A stretch of 64,000 bases of DNA, from the NCBI GenBank assembly GCA_032718475.1, contig JAUCBJ010008219.1:31574-95573 (forward strand), read 5' to 3'. Numbering within the stretch: the first letter of the stretch is position 1; each line of letters opens with the position of its first letter. Of this stretch, positions 26,401-41,400 are shown in pieces. The stretch comes from Nemertoderma westbladi. Lineage: Eukaryota; Animalia; Xenacoelomorpha. The notes beneath the pieces are model-generated. The model was not told the origin of the DNA and did not search any database. It saw nothing but the letters and a program-made list of their open reading frames with translations. The translations under genes and the position numbers were made by a program.

Positions 26401-29400
26401 CGTTAGCCAGCGGTTCATGGCCGAATCCCACTGCCGGAGGAGGAAACCGAGTCCGTTGAGACGGGAGGCGTCGGTGAGCAGCTCGGTTCTGCGGTCCGGC
26501 TGGAAACCGGACAAGTAGTGAGGGGCAGACAGCGCGGACCGGGTGGCCTCGAACGCCGCCTGGTGTTCGGGGAGCCACAACCAAGCTGTGCGGCTTGAGT
26601 TCAACCCACGTAGTGGTTCCACGAGGCGGGTGATCTCGGCCGTGGAGTTGCCCAACTGTTGGGCTAGGCCGAGGAACGACCGGAGTTGGTGTCGGTTCGT
26701 GGGGACCGGGAATTGGCGGAGGTCCTCGGTGAGGTCTGGGTCGATGCGGTATTGCCCTTTGGAGACGATATATCCACCGAATTTAACCTCTGGAAGGCAG
26801 AACTGCACCTTCTTCGGGTTTATGGATATATCGGCCTCGTCGCAGGCAGTCAGGACTTTGGCTACTGCCTCGTTGTGTTCCTCCGCTGTTTCCGTGTAAA
26901 TTATAATGTCCTCCACGATGCGGCCGATGTTGGGGATCCCCCGGAGTGCATGGGCCATGCGGGCATTAAAGACATCCGAGCTGCCGTGCCAGCCCATGGG
27001 CATGCGGCAGTAGCGGTAGCGGCCTCGCGGTGTGACGAATGTTGTAAGACCCCGACTCCGGGGGTCCAAGTTGACCTGGTGGAACCCCTTTAATCCGTCT
27101 ATAACGGTGAATACACCGGCGGTGGGCGGGATCCGCGAAACGACGTGGAACGGGGATGGGGAGAAGTAGGTTGGGCGGACGGTGTTCAGGTTGAGTTCCC
27201 GGAGGTCGACGGTAATTCGGACCGATTCACCATCTTTTTTACGGGTAATAACCATGGGGCTCAGCCAGTCGCTGGGGCAGTTTTCGTCGTTGGCTGGTTC
27301 TAGAATCCCCATGGCCACCTGTTCATCCAGTTCCCTGTTGAAGGCCTCCTCTAGGTTCGCTGGGATGGCCCTATTGGCGTATGAGTTTTTAGGTTTCGCG
27401 CCCGGAGTGAGTTTGATAGTAATATCCCCACCCCTCATCACCCTGCAGACACCCGATAGGGGGCGCGGGAACCGGGTTTCCAGGGCCCGCCAAGCTATAT
27501 CACGGTCTACGGTGGGTGTGGATGGGGTAGTAAGCTCTGTCGGTGGCGGTGTGGTGGGGCCTGTGGAGGACGCCACGACAGGGGGTGCCGGCGACCTGCC
27601 TCTAAGGATTGGGCTGCTGAGAATCCTTAGGGTAAAGCAGGACTTGCGGGACAGGAGTGGCTGCTGGAGTCCCTCCAGCACCCAGATGTCGGTTGTACAG
27701 GCGGTGTGGAGGTCGTGGCACTGGATCGTAGCGGTGAACAGTCCCTTGAATTCCCATCCAGTCCGGCTGCCGTTGGCGAGTTTCGGGGCTTGTGGATTGG
27801 GGAAGGGTTTGCGGAGATTTCCGATCTGGCCACCAAACGCGGTGAATATCCGGAACGGAATAGCCGAGATGTTGGCCCCAGAGTCCGGAAGAAACTGGAG
27901 TTCCGGGATTCCAAATGCCGGGTTCTTGTAGACTTGGAAGCCCAGGGTGACGGTCTCTAGTGACTCGAGTTGTTCGGTTGATGAAACAACCGGGGCGTTC
28001 TCGAGTTCGGTTCCAACCAGGACCGACCAGACTTCAGCATTGTTGGTTGCGGTGTGGTCCTCCATGTAGCATGGTGCCGGGGGTGCGGCCGCTGCGTGGG
28101 CCTGTGGGGGGCGGGGTCTGGGACACATCCTGTCGTAGTGTCCGACCAGTTTACAGTGGCGGCACCGCGCGTCCGTACCGGGGCAACGTTGGCCCAGTCC
28201 GTGTGGGGGATAGCCGCATTTGGTGCAGGTCAGGCCCATTGGGATAGCGTTGGAGCGAGGGCTCCGGTTCCCTTTCCGTCGTTTATCCGACCTTGCCTCC
28301 GCTTTAGCTGCCGTAGGTGCCGGTGTGGAGGAGAAGGAGAGTGAGGCTGCATCCTTCCGCGCGGTCCACACGGTTTGGGCGAGGTTGAGGGCGTCGGTGA
28401 TCGAACTTCCTGCGGGGAGCCGGAGTAGGTGCTCAGTAACCTCTTTATCGCCGAAGCTGGCGATAAATTGGTCGAGCAGTCTGTCGTTGCGATGGTCATC
28501 CGGAGTCGGGAGTGCCTCGAATCCGCATTTCGAAGCGATATCCCGGAGGTTAACTAGGAATGTCTCAGGAGTTTCCTCAAGTAGGCGGGATCGGCGCGAC
28601 AGTTCCTGCCGGTGGACGCGTTTATTGGTCCCGCCGTCGATATGGACGCCGAGATGTTGGATGATAACATCGGTGTCTGCGTTGTCGATGGCGGACAGGC
28701 CCAAACCCTTGACGACTGCGTTCGTTGCGCGGGAGAAGGCGGTGGTCAGAGTTGCCCGCCGTATGCGGTTTGTTGCCGCTAGAAGAGCTGCCGATACGGT
28801 TGGGTCAGGTGGATCGGCTGAGTCAGTGACGCGCAAGTTTCCAAGTCCAGAGGTGACGAGGAAAGCGTCCCACTCGTCTCGCCACAGCTCCCAGGTGGAG
28901 CGTTCCGATTCCAGGTCGAATGGGGGTGGCGAGTTTCGTAGAATGAAGGAGAATGGGTCGCGGTTGTCGTTTGCTCTTGCCATAGCCTATCCAATATCAA
29001 ATATCCGTATCACGGTATCAGCAAATACAGAAATAGTTTATTACGAAATTAATTGCCGATATTATTTATTAAGGTAATATGAATAAAGTGCGGTAGCAAT
29101 TGCAGAGTTGTGAGTTAGGCCGAGTACAAAGTGCAGTACTGCAGTGGCAAGTAGGTAAGTACTGAAACTGCGCCATATGTAATGATGGAACGGTTCTGCC
29201 AGTCCAATCTAACCAGACTGCCGTCAAACCGGTCAGCCGGTAGCCGGCCTATATATTCAAATCAGTCTAATATACGCTACGCGTATATCACACAATATCT
29301 ATAGATTATTATGCTTTTATATGAACATAACATTGGCGACGAGTCGGTCGATCCACGTGGTGGTGACATTTCTACCTACAGACTTAAGCTTCTTACTGGC

Positions 29401-32400
29401 TTACGCCATTTACAGATTTAGGCTTACCAGTACTGCGAAAGGAGAAACTGATCTGGTGACTCTGGATTTAGTGATAAAAGATTCTGGCACCGGTACAGAG
29501 AAAAGAATTTGCTTACAAGTATAGGCCCACCTATTTGGTACAACATTACAGTTGTACAACTGCCGGTATTATTAACCCACAACTACCAGACTACCGGTAT
29601 TTATTAACCTACAATCGCTTACAGCTAACAGCGCTTACAATATACAACAGTACAGTTGTAAAATTTTCATATTAACAACCTAGGCCTAGCAGCCTAACCT
29701 AGCATGCATATTATATTATAGCAGTTCCATGATTACAGGAATTGTTCTCAACATAAAATAGGAGCCAAAGCCAATACAGTAATAGCAATACTCTAGGCCG
29801 CTTCTGACAGTTCGTAGTTAAGATAAATACTGAGATATAAGCTATTACAAAATCACAGTAACGGTACACGTTACAGTGTTAAGGGATGGCCGAAGCCAGA
29901 CATATCTCCCTACGTGCACCAGAACCATTTAAAATTTCATATGATGTCAGTTCCGTAACCCCTCGCTGGGAAAAGTGGCTAAACACTTTCGACATATATT
30001 TGTCTGCACTGGGTGTCAAAGACCCTGAACAGATGAAAAGCATTCTTCTACATATATCTGGTGAAGAGGTACAGGACCGCTTTGTTACATTGACTATTCC
30101 ACAACCTGTGCCTGACACTAATGAAAATGTTTACACAGTAGCACATACATCACTAAATAATGAATTCGGCAAAAGAGAAAATGAAGTATTTTCAACATTC
30201 AGGTTTAACTCACTAACATGAGAGCCAAATGAATTATTCAGCTCATATATAGCACGACTTCGGAAACAGGCCAAGTATTGTAATTTTGGCAATGCTTTAG
30301 AGCGAAATATATGTGACCGCGCTGTAGCAGGATGTCGATCCAATAAATTATTACAACGATTTCTTCGAGTGGCAGAGGAAGACTCAGCAGCTTGTACACT
30401 AACACGATGTATTCAAATTGCTCAAACGCTAGAACAGACATCTAAACAAGCACTAGATATTGAAGAGTTCGCACGATCTACAAAACTAGTGGGACAAAGT
30501 GACGACATTGATGATCTTGAGGTTAATAAAATAGCTAAATTTAAAAACCGATATTCAAGGCCAAAAGCAAACGCTGAACAGCAATGGCAGCGAAAAACAG
30601 TAAATTACAAATACCAGAACAAGCCGCCAACTGCAAATTCTGTCAGCACACCCCAATATACACATTGTTACCGATGTGGGAATACAGATCACAAAGTTCC
30701 TGATTGTCGAATATCAGCAAAAATCATCTGTAATGCATGTGGTGGAATAGGACACATGAAAGGAGTATGTATGAAAACTAAACGAAACTTACGACAATTA
30801 GTCGATGACAATTGAAGAAACTGAAACGATTTACAGCGAAGAAAGCACATCATCTGATGAGTATGGTGATTTATGCATCAATGCTCTATTTAAAGAATGC
30901 AAAATTCATAAGATTTCTACTGCGGGTCCTTGTTACAATGTAAATATCAACAATACAAGCATCCCTATACTGATTGATTCTGGAGCAGAATGTAATATCC
31001 TCACATATTCTGCATACAAAACACTACAACAACATGGCGAATACATGAATCTAACATCCACTAAAAGTATCATATATCCATACAATTCAAAAACTCCACT
31101 AAAAATCGTTGGAAAAGTGCGAGCAACAGTGGAAGCCTGTGGGCAAGCAGCTAAGGTAAAGTTTATTGTTGTTAGTACACAAGACTTATCTCTATTAGGA
31201 TACAAATCTGCCACAGATTTGGATTTGCTACGGGTTGGCCCACCTAGTATAAAAGAAAGAGGAATGAAGATAGGAGTGCGACAATTATTAGAATGCAAAA
31301 CTCACAAAACATTGGACACATCACATCTGGACAATATTATATCAAAATATTCCGATGTTTTCTCAGCCACAGGTCTCATGTGTGACGAAAATGGCACCCC
31401 AATACAAGTGAAATTACACCTCAGAGAAGATGCAGATCCTGTCGCAGTACGTGCATCACGTATTCCATTTCATCTCCGCCGCCCGTGTGAAAAAGAACTT
31501 TCCATCCAGGAGGAGGCTAATATGATTGAAACTGCCACTGGTCCTACCCCATGGGTTTCAAGAATGGTACTTCAAATTAAGCCCAACCGCACAGATGATG
31601 AAAACCTTCCCGTAGTTCGGATTACACTTGATGCCCGGGAGCTTAATAAACATCTAGTACGCGAACGGCATCCGATACCGACACTCGATGAAATTGTTGA
31701 TCAAATTGCCTTGGAAGAACCTCCTAATCCATCCAATATGACTGATGACTTGACTTTATATTACTCACATTTAGATTGTGATCGAGGGTACCATCAAATT
31801 GGTTTACATCCTGATTCACGACCACTTACAACATTTGCCACTCACAAAGGAATGAAACGTTATACTACTCTGGTTATGGGTGTGTCAACCAGTGGAGAAA
31901 TTTTCCATCGTGAGTTGTAACGTTCCATACAAGGGATTGATGGAACAAGAAATGCCAGTGATGACATAATTGTGTGGGGTTATGGGAAGCAGCAACATTT
32001 AAACCGTCTGCAGCAAGTGTTAGCAAGATGCAAAGAACGTAACATATAATTAAAACGATCAAAGTGTGTATTTTTGCAGACAAGCGTTGAATTCCTGGGG
32101 CATCTACTTACAAACACGGGGCTGACACCCTGTGAGAAGAAAATTGAGGCAGTAAAAAACCTAAAAATTCCAACTACCAAGACTGAACTGAAGTCCAGTC
32201 TTGGATTGCTTGGGTGGTTGTCACCTTTGATCCCAAATTATGCCATTCTTAAAGCACCTCTTCAGAGTCTACTCGCAAAGAACAAAGTGTTCGAAATGTC
32301 AGATGAAGCCCTCATAGCTTGGAAGACGCTGATTGAAGAAATATCAAATCCTAGAACATTGGCATATTTCAAACGTGATCTTCCTACAACACTCACCACT

Positions 32401-35400
32401 GATGCATCACCCACGGCAATTAGTGCAATTCTGAGCCAGACCCAACCATCAGGAATTGGTCAGCCAGTTGCTTTTGCCCATCGGTCTCTTTCAGAAACTG
32501 AAAGTCGATATAGCCAAACAGAAAGAGAGGCACTGGGAATAACTTGGGCATTGCAGCGATATAACATCTATCTTCGTGGAGCACCACAACCAGTAAACAT
32601 ACAAACAGACCATAAACCACTATTGCGAATTTTCGCACCCAACGGTAACCCAACACCTCGCATAGAACGCATGTTGCTGAAAATACAAGGGGAATATAAT
32701 TATAAGTTATCTTATATCCAAGGCAAGGACAACTATGCAGACATATTATCGCGCCAAACACCAAAAGGTTCATGCCCACAGAAGGGAAAACATACAGAAC
32801 AGTATGTCAGAGCAATAATCCAAAGCAATTTACCATTTGTAATGGATTTCTTGTTTGAACCCAAAATTGTATTGGAAAAATAAATTGTTTTAGTCTAATT
32901 CACTCTTAATCTCGATTTATTGTAATATAATTTATATGTAGAATATAACTTTAAACACAACCCAGTTTGTTAAGCTGAACAGCTGGTACTGCACTGAGTA
33001 AGAGCCAAGAAACGCCCTTCACCAAATTACATGTATACTATAACAAATTGCTCAATATTACTGCCAATTAAAATACTTATTGAATAAGGCAACTGTAAAT
33101 TAGTACGAATTACATGACACTCCCCACTTTGTTCTCATAAGAGAACAAATAATAATATTGTATTGATAAATTGAATACATCTTCAACTAAATTAGTAATT
33201 ACAACAATAATTATGTTTAGTGCATGTGTAAAAAATTTAGCAATTGATATTTCCTAAGTACAGATTTAACATAATAACACACCAAAGTCACAATCTTACT
33301 AAATATACTGTACATATCATGCACCGATTCCTACGAATGTAATTAGTTAATTTTCTTACAAATTTTGCATTTTTAAACCTTTTATTTATTTATTTGAGTA
33401 ACCTTTGCTGCTCGAGTTAGATATAGACGTGTACGGTTTGGATGAACGATGTTATGTTTATCTGATTGATTTGTCTTTATAACATTTTTATCATGTGGTT
33501 GTATGATGTCCTTGGTTGATTTGACATCTTCACCGGCGTCTTTGTTTTCTAGGTTTATATTTTTTAATTCATCATCGTCTGTTATTTCCAATGGAATGAT
33601 CTGTTTCACAGACCTCGTTAAGGACCTAGATTCTTTCTTTCTCTCGCATACTGTAATTTTCACTGCTCTGCATTTACCATCTCTACTAATTATCATCTCC
33701 TCCACCCGACATAATTTCCACATGCATCGTGGAAGCTGTCTGTCAACCAATAGACATATGTCCCCCTTTTTTGGAATCCTTGGGGATTTGGGATCTAAAT
33801 TTCCTTTTCTGTGTTGCTTTCTTAACTCCATTATGTAATCTTCCTTGAAACTATGCCAAAAAACATTAGCAGCTTCTTCTTGGCGCGTCAATCTTGTGGT
33901 TAGGCTATAATTAGTTTGTTTTCTTTTGTTTAACCTTTTTGTTGTGTAAGGGGCAGCACACAACCTGTGACCTACTAAGAAATGTGCTGGAGTTAAGCAC
34001 TGATAGTTGTCACTGTTATCATCTGATACAAAGGTTAACGGACGACTATTCACTGAGGCTTCTACGGACACCATGAAGGTTTGCAATTCTTCATACGTCA
34101 AGATGTTTCGTCCAATAACCTTCTTCAAACACCCTTTTATGGTTCCTACTAAACGCTCGATGAAACCATAAGCTGCAGGATTTAAAGGAACATTGAACTC
34201 CCAATCAATGCCTAATTTGCCAAACTCATCAATAACTGTTTTGTATTTTTGGACCTTTTGTATTGCTTCGATTTCTTTCCATGACTTTTTAAATGTCTTA
34301 GCATTATCCGACAAGATTAGAGATGGTGTCCCTCTTCTACCTATAAATCTGTGGAATGCGGCTATGAATGATTGATGACTTAAATCATACACTAACTCTA
34401 AATGGATGGCGCGAACTATTGCGCAAACAAATAAACATATATATACCTTTGTAGTTATAGTGTCAGTAATTGAATGAGTTACCGTTAAGGGACCACAAAA
34501 ATCGATTCCAACATGTTCAAATACGCCAACTTCTTGCGTAATTCTTTCCAATGGCAAAGGGCTAATTGCAGGACAAGTATATGTCTTTCCTTGAACATGT
34601 TTGCATGGTATACAACCTTTTTGACGACCTCGAGGGATCCAAAATTTATCCCTTACTTGAACCAATGTTTCACGAACCCTAGAATGCATTACCATTTCGT
34701 GAGCCTCTTCAATGACTAGTTTTGTGAAGTCATGATTTGTCGGTAAAACAATAGGGTTATTTGTTTGCCATGACCCAAATGGACCTTGTATACGACCCTT
34801 CGACCGAATTATGTTGTCGTTATCCATGAAAAGATTCAGTTGTTGAACCAAATTTGGACATTTTGTTTTTGCTTTGCTCTTCAGAAATTTAATTTCCTGT
34901 GGAAAACATTCCTGTTGTACTAATTGGAGAATTGTTTTTTCGACGTTTTTTATTTCTCTTGAAGTCAATATTGGGTTACTAATAAATTCGAATGACTTGT
35001 CCCTTTTAGATTTTATGTTGTTGACAAACCTTAACACCCAGGATAATTTTCGAATTAATCCTATTTTGTGGCTTGAATCGTTACAACCTAAGATTGATGT
35101 AGCTGGGGGTGTGACGGAAACTTCTCTATCCAACAGTGTTGTAATACAATGTATTTCCAATAAACTTGATTTTGACACATCATCTCTCGATATTATTGGA
35201 TTATTTGGCCAGGTTTCTATCGGCGTTTTTAAAAACCCAGGTCCATTGAACCATAATTTCGAATTGAGTAATGATTCTGCAGAAAAACTTCTTGTTGGAA
35301 GATCTGCAGGGTTAATTTGCCCTGGAACATAACGCCAATTGATTGATATTTCTGTAGAAATTTCGCGAATTTCATTTACACGATTGTGCACAAATTGGTT

Positions 35401-38400
35401 GTATTTATTGCTGGACCCTACCAACCAATACAAAACATCCATTGCATCCATCCACATATAGATCTTAGAGATTTTCAATCGTAATGATTTGTGTACAAAT
35501 AATAGTAATCGCGCTAGAAGTAAAGATCCCATTAATTCCTTTCTTGGTGTTGAGTGGCCCATTTTTGTGGTTTGCTGTGGGCACACCTTTGATTTTGCGG
35601 TCAATAATTCTACAGTAGTTGATTCATCAGTGTACTGGCCTTTCACATAAACAACACCAGCATATAACTTATCACTGGCATCTGAGAATCCATGTAACTC
35701 AATTTGACTAATTTCTTTGTCTTTGTCAAATAAGTACCGAGGTATAGAAATGTTGTTCAACACTAACAATCCTTTAACCCACTTGTCCCATTTTTCTTCT
35801 GTTGATTTAGGTAATGGATCATCCCATCCTAATTTTGCTTGACATAATGCCTGAAATTCAGGTTTGAATTGACTGGTGAATGGTATTAGTATCCCCATTG
35901 GATCGTATATCCTTGCAGACAATTGCAATACGGCTTTGAATGTTTTCTTAAGGGAGTTCACAAATTCAAATACTGGTGTCAGATTGAAACAAAGTTCGTC
36001 TGTTTCTATATCCCATCCTTGTCCTAAAACTCGTTTCACCTTTTCTGTCTGAAGATTTGGAAGATTCATTGCCACTTTTGCATATGTTTCATCATCTTCT
36101 CGTACTTCAGTTTTATTTTTGGTTTGGTCAACCTTTGTTGAGCTAATTGATATGTCCTGCAACTGTGCTTGTAAATGGTCTGAGTTTGTTATCCATCTGC
36201 GGAGATTAAATTCACCTCGGCCAAGAATTTGTCTCGCTTCCTTAACAAATTGAAGACCTTCTTCTACTGTTTCTGCTCCCGAATTTAAATCATCTACATA
36301 TAACTCTCTTAATTTTTCTATCACCTGAAATTGGTTTTTATTTGCTTCTAATTCTATGTCTAAATGGTGTTGTATTATTTCTGACAAAATGTTCGAAGAG
36401 CATGTCAACCCAAATGCTGCACGTGTGTAACGATATGCTTGAATTTTCAAGGGTTTACTATCATTGATGTTGCTGACCCAAAGGAAACGGAGACAATCTC
36501 TATCTGTTTCATTAATTTTGCATCGCATGAAGGCTTGTTCCACGTCTGCGGTTAGTCCAATGCGATTTAGACGAAAACGATAAAGGTTTCCAACCAAATT
36601 TGGAAGGCGATTTGGACCGCGGATGAGACAATAATTTAATGACAAATCAGTGGGGTTGACTCGCGCTGAGGCATTATAAACTACTCTTAGTTTTGTTGAC
36701 TCCTTTTCTTCTCTTAAGACCGCGTGGTGTGGAATGTAATGAACTCCTGAACTATTGTGTTCTACTTCCCCAACATTCACCTTTTCTATGTACCCTTTTG
36801 CATAATGTTCTTTAATTACCTTGTCATAGCGATCCAAAAGCCCTAATTTCTGTAGCCGTTTAACTAATGATAACAATTGCTTGAAACACATATTGTAATG
36901 ATCATGTAATTGATCGGGATTCAGCCATGGTAAACTGACTGAGTACATACCTTCTTCTAATCTATATGTTCCTATTATATTTGCTGATCGCTCACTATGG
37001 CACTCTTTTGGACAAATACCCATATTATCTAAAGACCAAAATGCTTTTAAAATTGTCGCTAATACATCTGTTGAGTTGTTCTCGCTATTGTTAGAGGAAT
37101 CGACCTCCACAGTTGAAACAAGCATGCACATATTACCTTGTTGTGAGTTATTTGCACATAATGCAATTTCATTGTTGTGCAATTGTCCGGTGTTTCCTGA
37201 AAGTAACCAACCTACTCTAGAATCTAATGCAACAAGGCCGGTATTAGAGGCTCTAATTGATCTTCCAGTTACTATTTCCCAGTAGAAATCACTTCCAACT
37301 AAGAGTTGAACCGGAAACACACATTCTTGTGTTGATTGTTTATACGAAGAATTCGCTAATTCTATTGATTCAAATGAAACTCGAATTTTTGCATATGTTT
37401 CTAACGGAATGTTATTGTGTATTGGATTGCAAATTGTGTCTACTACCAATGCTGACATTGTAAATATCGAGTTGTCCTTCATAACTAGGGTAATTTGAGC
37501 TACATTTAGAGATGTAAATTCACTTTCCTTACCACCAAATCCGTTTACACTAATACTTTCCTTTCCTATAATCGGTAAGTTGTTATCCTTCACAAACTTG
37601 TTGATAACAAATGACTTTTGACTCCCCAAATCGAAAAATGTATTTGTTTTGCTTATACCATTGTGGTCTGTTTGGCAGTCAATAGTCGCGGTTTGAAGTA
37701 AGGCATTTGAAGGTCTGGCGGTTGTATTGTACATATGTAATAACATAGCTGTAGTACCTTTATGCTCCTCTCTGCAGAGTTCATCGTTTGATTGGTAAGG
37801 CGTTTGAGCCATTGTAGCTAACATGTTGTGTGTTGTATTTGATTTAAATGCTCCTGCATTTGTATTGTGTTGCAAACGAAAACAAATTGAGTTATGATGG
37901 CCTAATTTTTTGCAGGTGTAGCACGGCTTTCTACGTGTGCAATCCCTTGCTTGATGTCCGGGAAGTAGACAATTGTAGCACAAATTATTTTCATCGAGTG
38001 CAATTTTTCTTGGCGAAACTCCCTTGATAAGTTGGCAGTCAGTTGAAAAATGTAATTGACCGCAATATACACATTTCGGACAAAATGCGTTCGGTTTAGG
38101 TGTTGCTTGAGTTTGATAATGTTTTTGGGATGTAGATGTGGATTGGTTTGAACTTTTGTGACTTGGCCCTCTTTGTTGGTGTTCTGGGACTTTTACACCT
38201 ATTGCTAAAGCTGCTGCTGTTGCCATGTCGCCACCTTGCGGTTTAAATTGTTTTTGTGCACCTTGAGTATTTGATTTATTTGTATTTGTGTTTACGAATT
38301 CAGTCATTGCCTCTTCGCTTGCTAACCGTAACCGAATTTGCTCCATTAACCATAACAAGTCATCTATATGATTGTTTTGTTTTGCTAAAAGTTTTGCACC

Positions 38401-41400
38401 GAATTCGAAAGGTAATATACCCATAATATCAGGGATAACCGTAATTTGATATGACTCTGGTTTTGTGTTTAATGCTTCCAAAGCTCGTATTTGTGATTGG
38501 CAAGTATCATACACCTGCCTTAATGTATACTTCCTACCATTAAATATGTGATTAATGTTCCTCAGTTTATCGATGTGTGCTTGTATGATACGACCTTCAG
38601 AACCGTACCTATCTTGTAATAAATCCATTGCTACCTTATAATTTTCAGACGATATTGAAAGTCCCGCTACTACTTCTTTCGCTTCACCAGTTAAACTTTG
38701 TATTAAATGTTGTAGTTTTAATACGTCTGGTAATCCGGAATCATGAATTGCGGAGCGAAAAGAATCTCGCCACCCGCAATATTCTAATAAATTTCCAGAA
38801 AATTTTGGAGGGGCTAATTTAGGTAACACAGATCTAGCATAATTACTACTATTAGCATAAAAACTACTTCTATGAGAGGGTAATTCAATTGCAGCACCAC
38901 CGGTATCTTGTTCTACTCCAGTTTCTGATAAAGTTGTTTCTGATAATGACAGTTGTAACTGAGTTATTGCGTTTGTGAGTCTAACCTTGTACGTCATTGA
39001 TTGTTGTATGTCGCGTTGATTATCTTCTTCGTCCGTAATTGCCCAAATTGCAATGTCCATTTCGTCTAGGCGATTGACATAGCCTTGTAAGATTGACACC
39101 TGAGACATTTTTCTCCCGATATTGAAAGACTCCATATCGTCAGAGTCTTTAAGTGCGATTGTTGCTGCGGCTCGAACGCCGCCTCTTGAGCGAATTTTCC
39201 GGGATAACTCCTCAGCATCCGCCATTGTTTGTTGTGCGTATAGTACACAATAATTAATTTAACACAAATACATGGTAAGAGTTTTTTATCGGGCGCCAAA
39301 TGTAATGGATTTCTTGTTTGAACCCAAAATTTTATTGGAAAAATAAATTGTTTTAGTCTAATTCACTCTTAATCTCGATTTATTGTAATATAATTTATAT
39401 GTAGAATATAACTTTAAACACAACCCAGTTTGTTAAGCTGAACAGCTGGTACTGCACTGAGTAAGAGCCAAGAAACGCCCTTCACCAAATTACATGTATA
39501 CTATAACAAATTGCTCAATATTACTGCCAATTAAAATACTTATTGAATAAGGCAACTGTAAATTAGTACGAATTACATGACACCATTTAATCTGAACCTT
39601 GAAACAATAATTGAACATACTATGAAGGACACTTCTTTGCTTATTCTGCATTCCGCTATTATGAATGATGCATGGGACAAAGACAAAGATGTGTTGAAGC
39701 CATATTACTCAGATCGACATGAGTTCAGCATCACCCATGATAATATAATATTACGGGGAAAGAGAATCTTTATACCCCAGCTATTACATGACCTCTGTAT
39801 TGAGATAGCCCATGAAGGTCATCAAGGCATGACACGTACCAAACAACTCCTACGGGAAACGGTATGGTGGCCCAATTTAAACAAGGATACAGAAAATTAT
39901 ATAACAAGGTGTTTACCATGCCAAGCTACAGGCAAACCTGCAAAACCCTCACCACTGAAACCCACAGTCATTCCCAATGAAACATGGTCAAAGATAGGAA
40001 TGGATTTTCTAGGCCCTGTTGATCATAAACATATATTAACTATGATTTGCTACAGATCTCGTTATCCTATTGTTATCCCTATGAATTCAGAAAATGCGAA
40101 ACATGTGATAGAGGCGTGTGAAAGAACTTTCAGTATATTTGGGTTTCCAAAAGATATCATAACTGATAATGGGCCTGCTTTTCGCTCACAGGAATTCGGA
40201 CGGTATTGTAAACAAAGAGACATAAAAGTACATTTGATCAGCCCACGATTCCCTTCCGCCAATGGGGAAATTGAATGGCTTAACCAGCCACTGGGAAAAT
40301 TCATAGAGAGTTGCCACGTTGAAGATAAGAGTTGGCAAACCAATCTCCAGACATTCCTACTCAACTATAGCTCTACACCTCATCCTGCCACTGGATTCTC
40401 ACCCGCTGAATTAATGTTCCATCGAACATTAAAAACAAAACTCCCTGCATTGCTATCAAACCAAGCTTTAACACCAAATCCAGATATCAATGTAACAGTT
40501 CAACAACGTGATCAGAAATATAAGAGGAGAGTGAAAGAATATACAGATAATCGACGCCATGCTAAGGAAAGAGATTTTGAAGTTGGGGATATTGTCCTTG
40601 TTCGCAGATTTAACCGAGTAGAAAAGGAATATTCAACTACATGGCTCCCCTCACCATATACAATAATTGGCCGGAAGGGAGAATCCATGATACTACAAGG
40701 AAAACATGGGTCTACACTGCGACGAAATCCAACCCATATGAAACACTACCTACCACTCCAGCAAGACCAATGAGGAAAGTGATGCGTCCTCTGAGGATTT
40801 GTACAATAAAGACATAGGGGAAGATTTAGACGATGATGTTGATTCCAAAATTTATATAGTTAATGTTGTATATTGGCATTCTTATTTACACATTGACAAC
40901 ACTAATTAATATATTATTATAATTACCAAACAAATATCACCATTAGCAACAACCTTAATGTAGCAAGCGAATCCCCTGCACGGAAGTTCAGGAAATAGTC
41001 TCCATTAATTCCAATGGTTGTGACTAATTCCATCATACTCTCGCTTACTTCATCTCAATTGTTGTATTGTGTTTTTTGAAAATAATTATTATAATAAACG
41101 TCATTCTTACAGATGTTAATACAGACTACAATACAAGTATGCCTATACCAATAAAACCTCACGTATTATTAAAAGGGTATGTTATGTATACACTTTAGAA
41201 AGCAACATATACTGTACAGTAAGGTGCTAATATAGTTTATTCAACACCAAGCATTTAACCGACACCAAGATGAAAAGCCGGACCCACACCTAAACTGTAA
41301 ATCGTACATATTCACTCTATCTAGTCACGTCGCACAAAAATCCGAAATCCGAGCATCACCCTACATAGGCGACATCTATCAATAATCAATATGAAATATT

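Larger units (their letters stand above)
23893..40773 (+). mobile_element. Outer Gypsy LTR retrotransposon (decayed, 3' LTR not found), host to two nested LTR elements
   Basis: The putative 5' LTR starts TGTTAG at 23893, where a MITE terminus is cut, and ends ...TAACA at 29332, followed by PBS TGGCGACGAG (tRNA-Ser-like). gag-pol spans 29886-40773. Confidence 0.8.
29886..40773 (+). pseudogene. Gag-Pol of the outer Gypsy, with stops at 30219-30221 and 31918-31920, a frame change near 30805-30815, and a BEL insertion at 32838-39582
   Basis: [48 protein letters not shown]...CLPC, GMDF...TDNGPAF. Reads QSNLPF|NLNLE in frame when BEL is removed. Confidence 0.88.

Noticed and set aside
27182-29077. 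Antisense ORFs of 249 and 285 aa (and many shorter ones) over the GC-rich Gypsy
   Set aside because: Shadow ORFs expected from high GC opposite a real gag-pol; no recognisable motifs.
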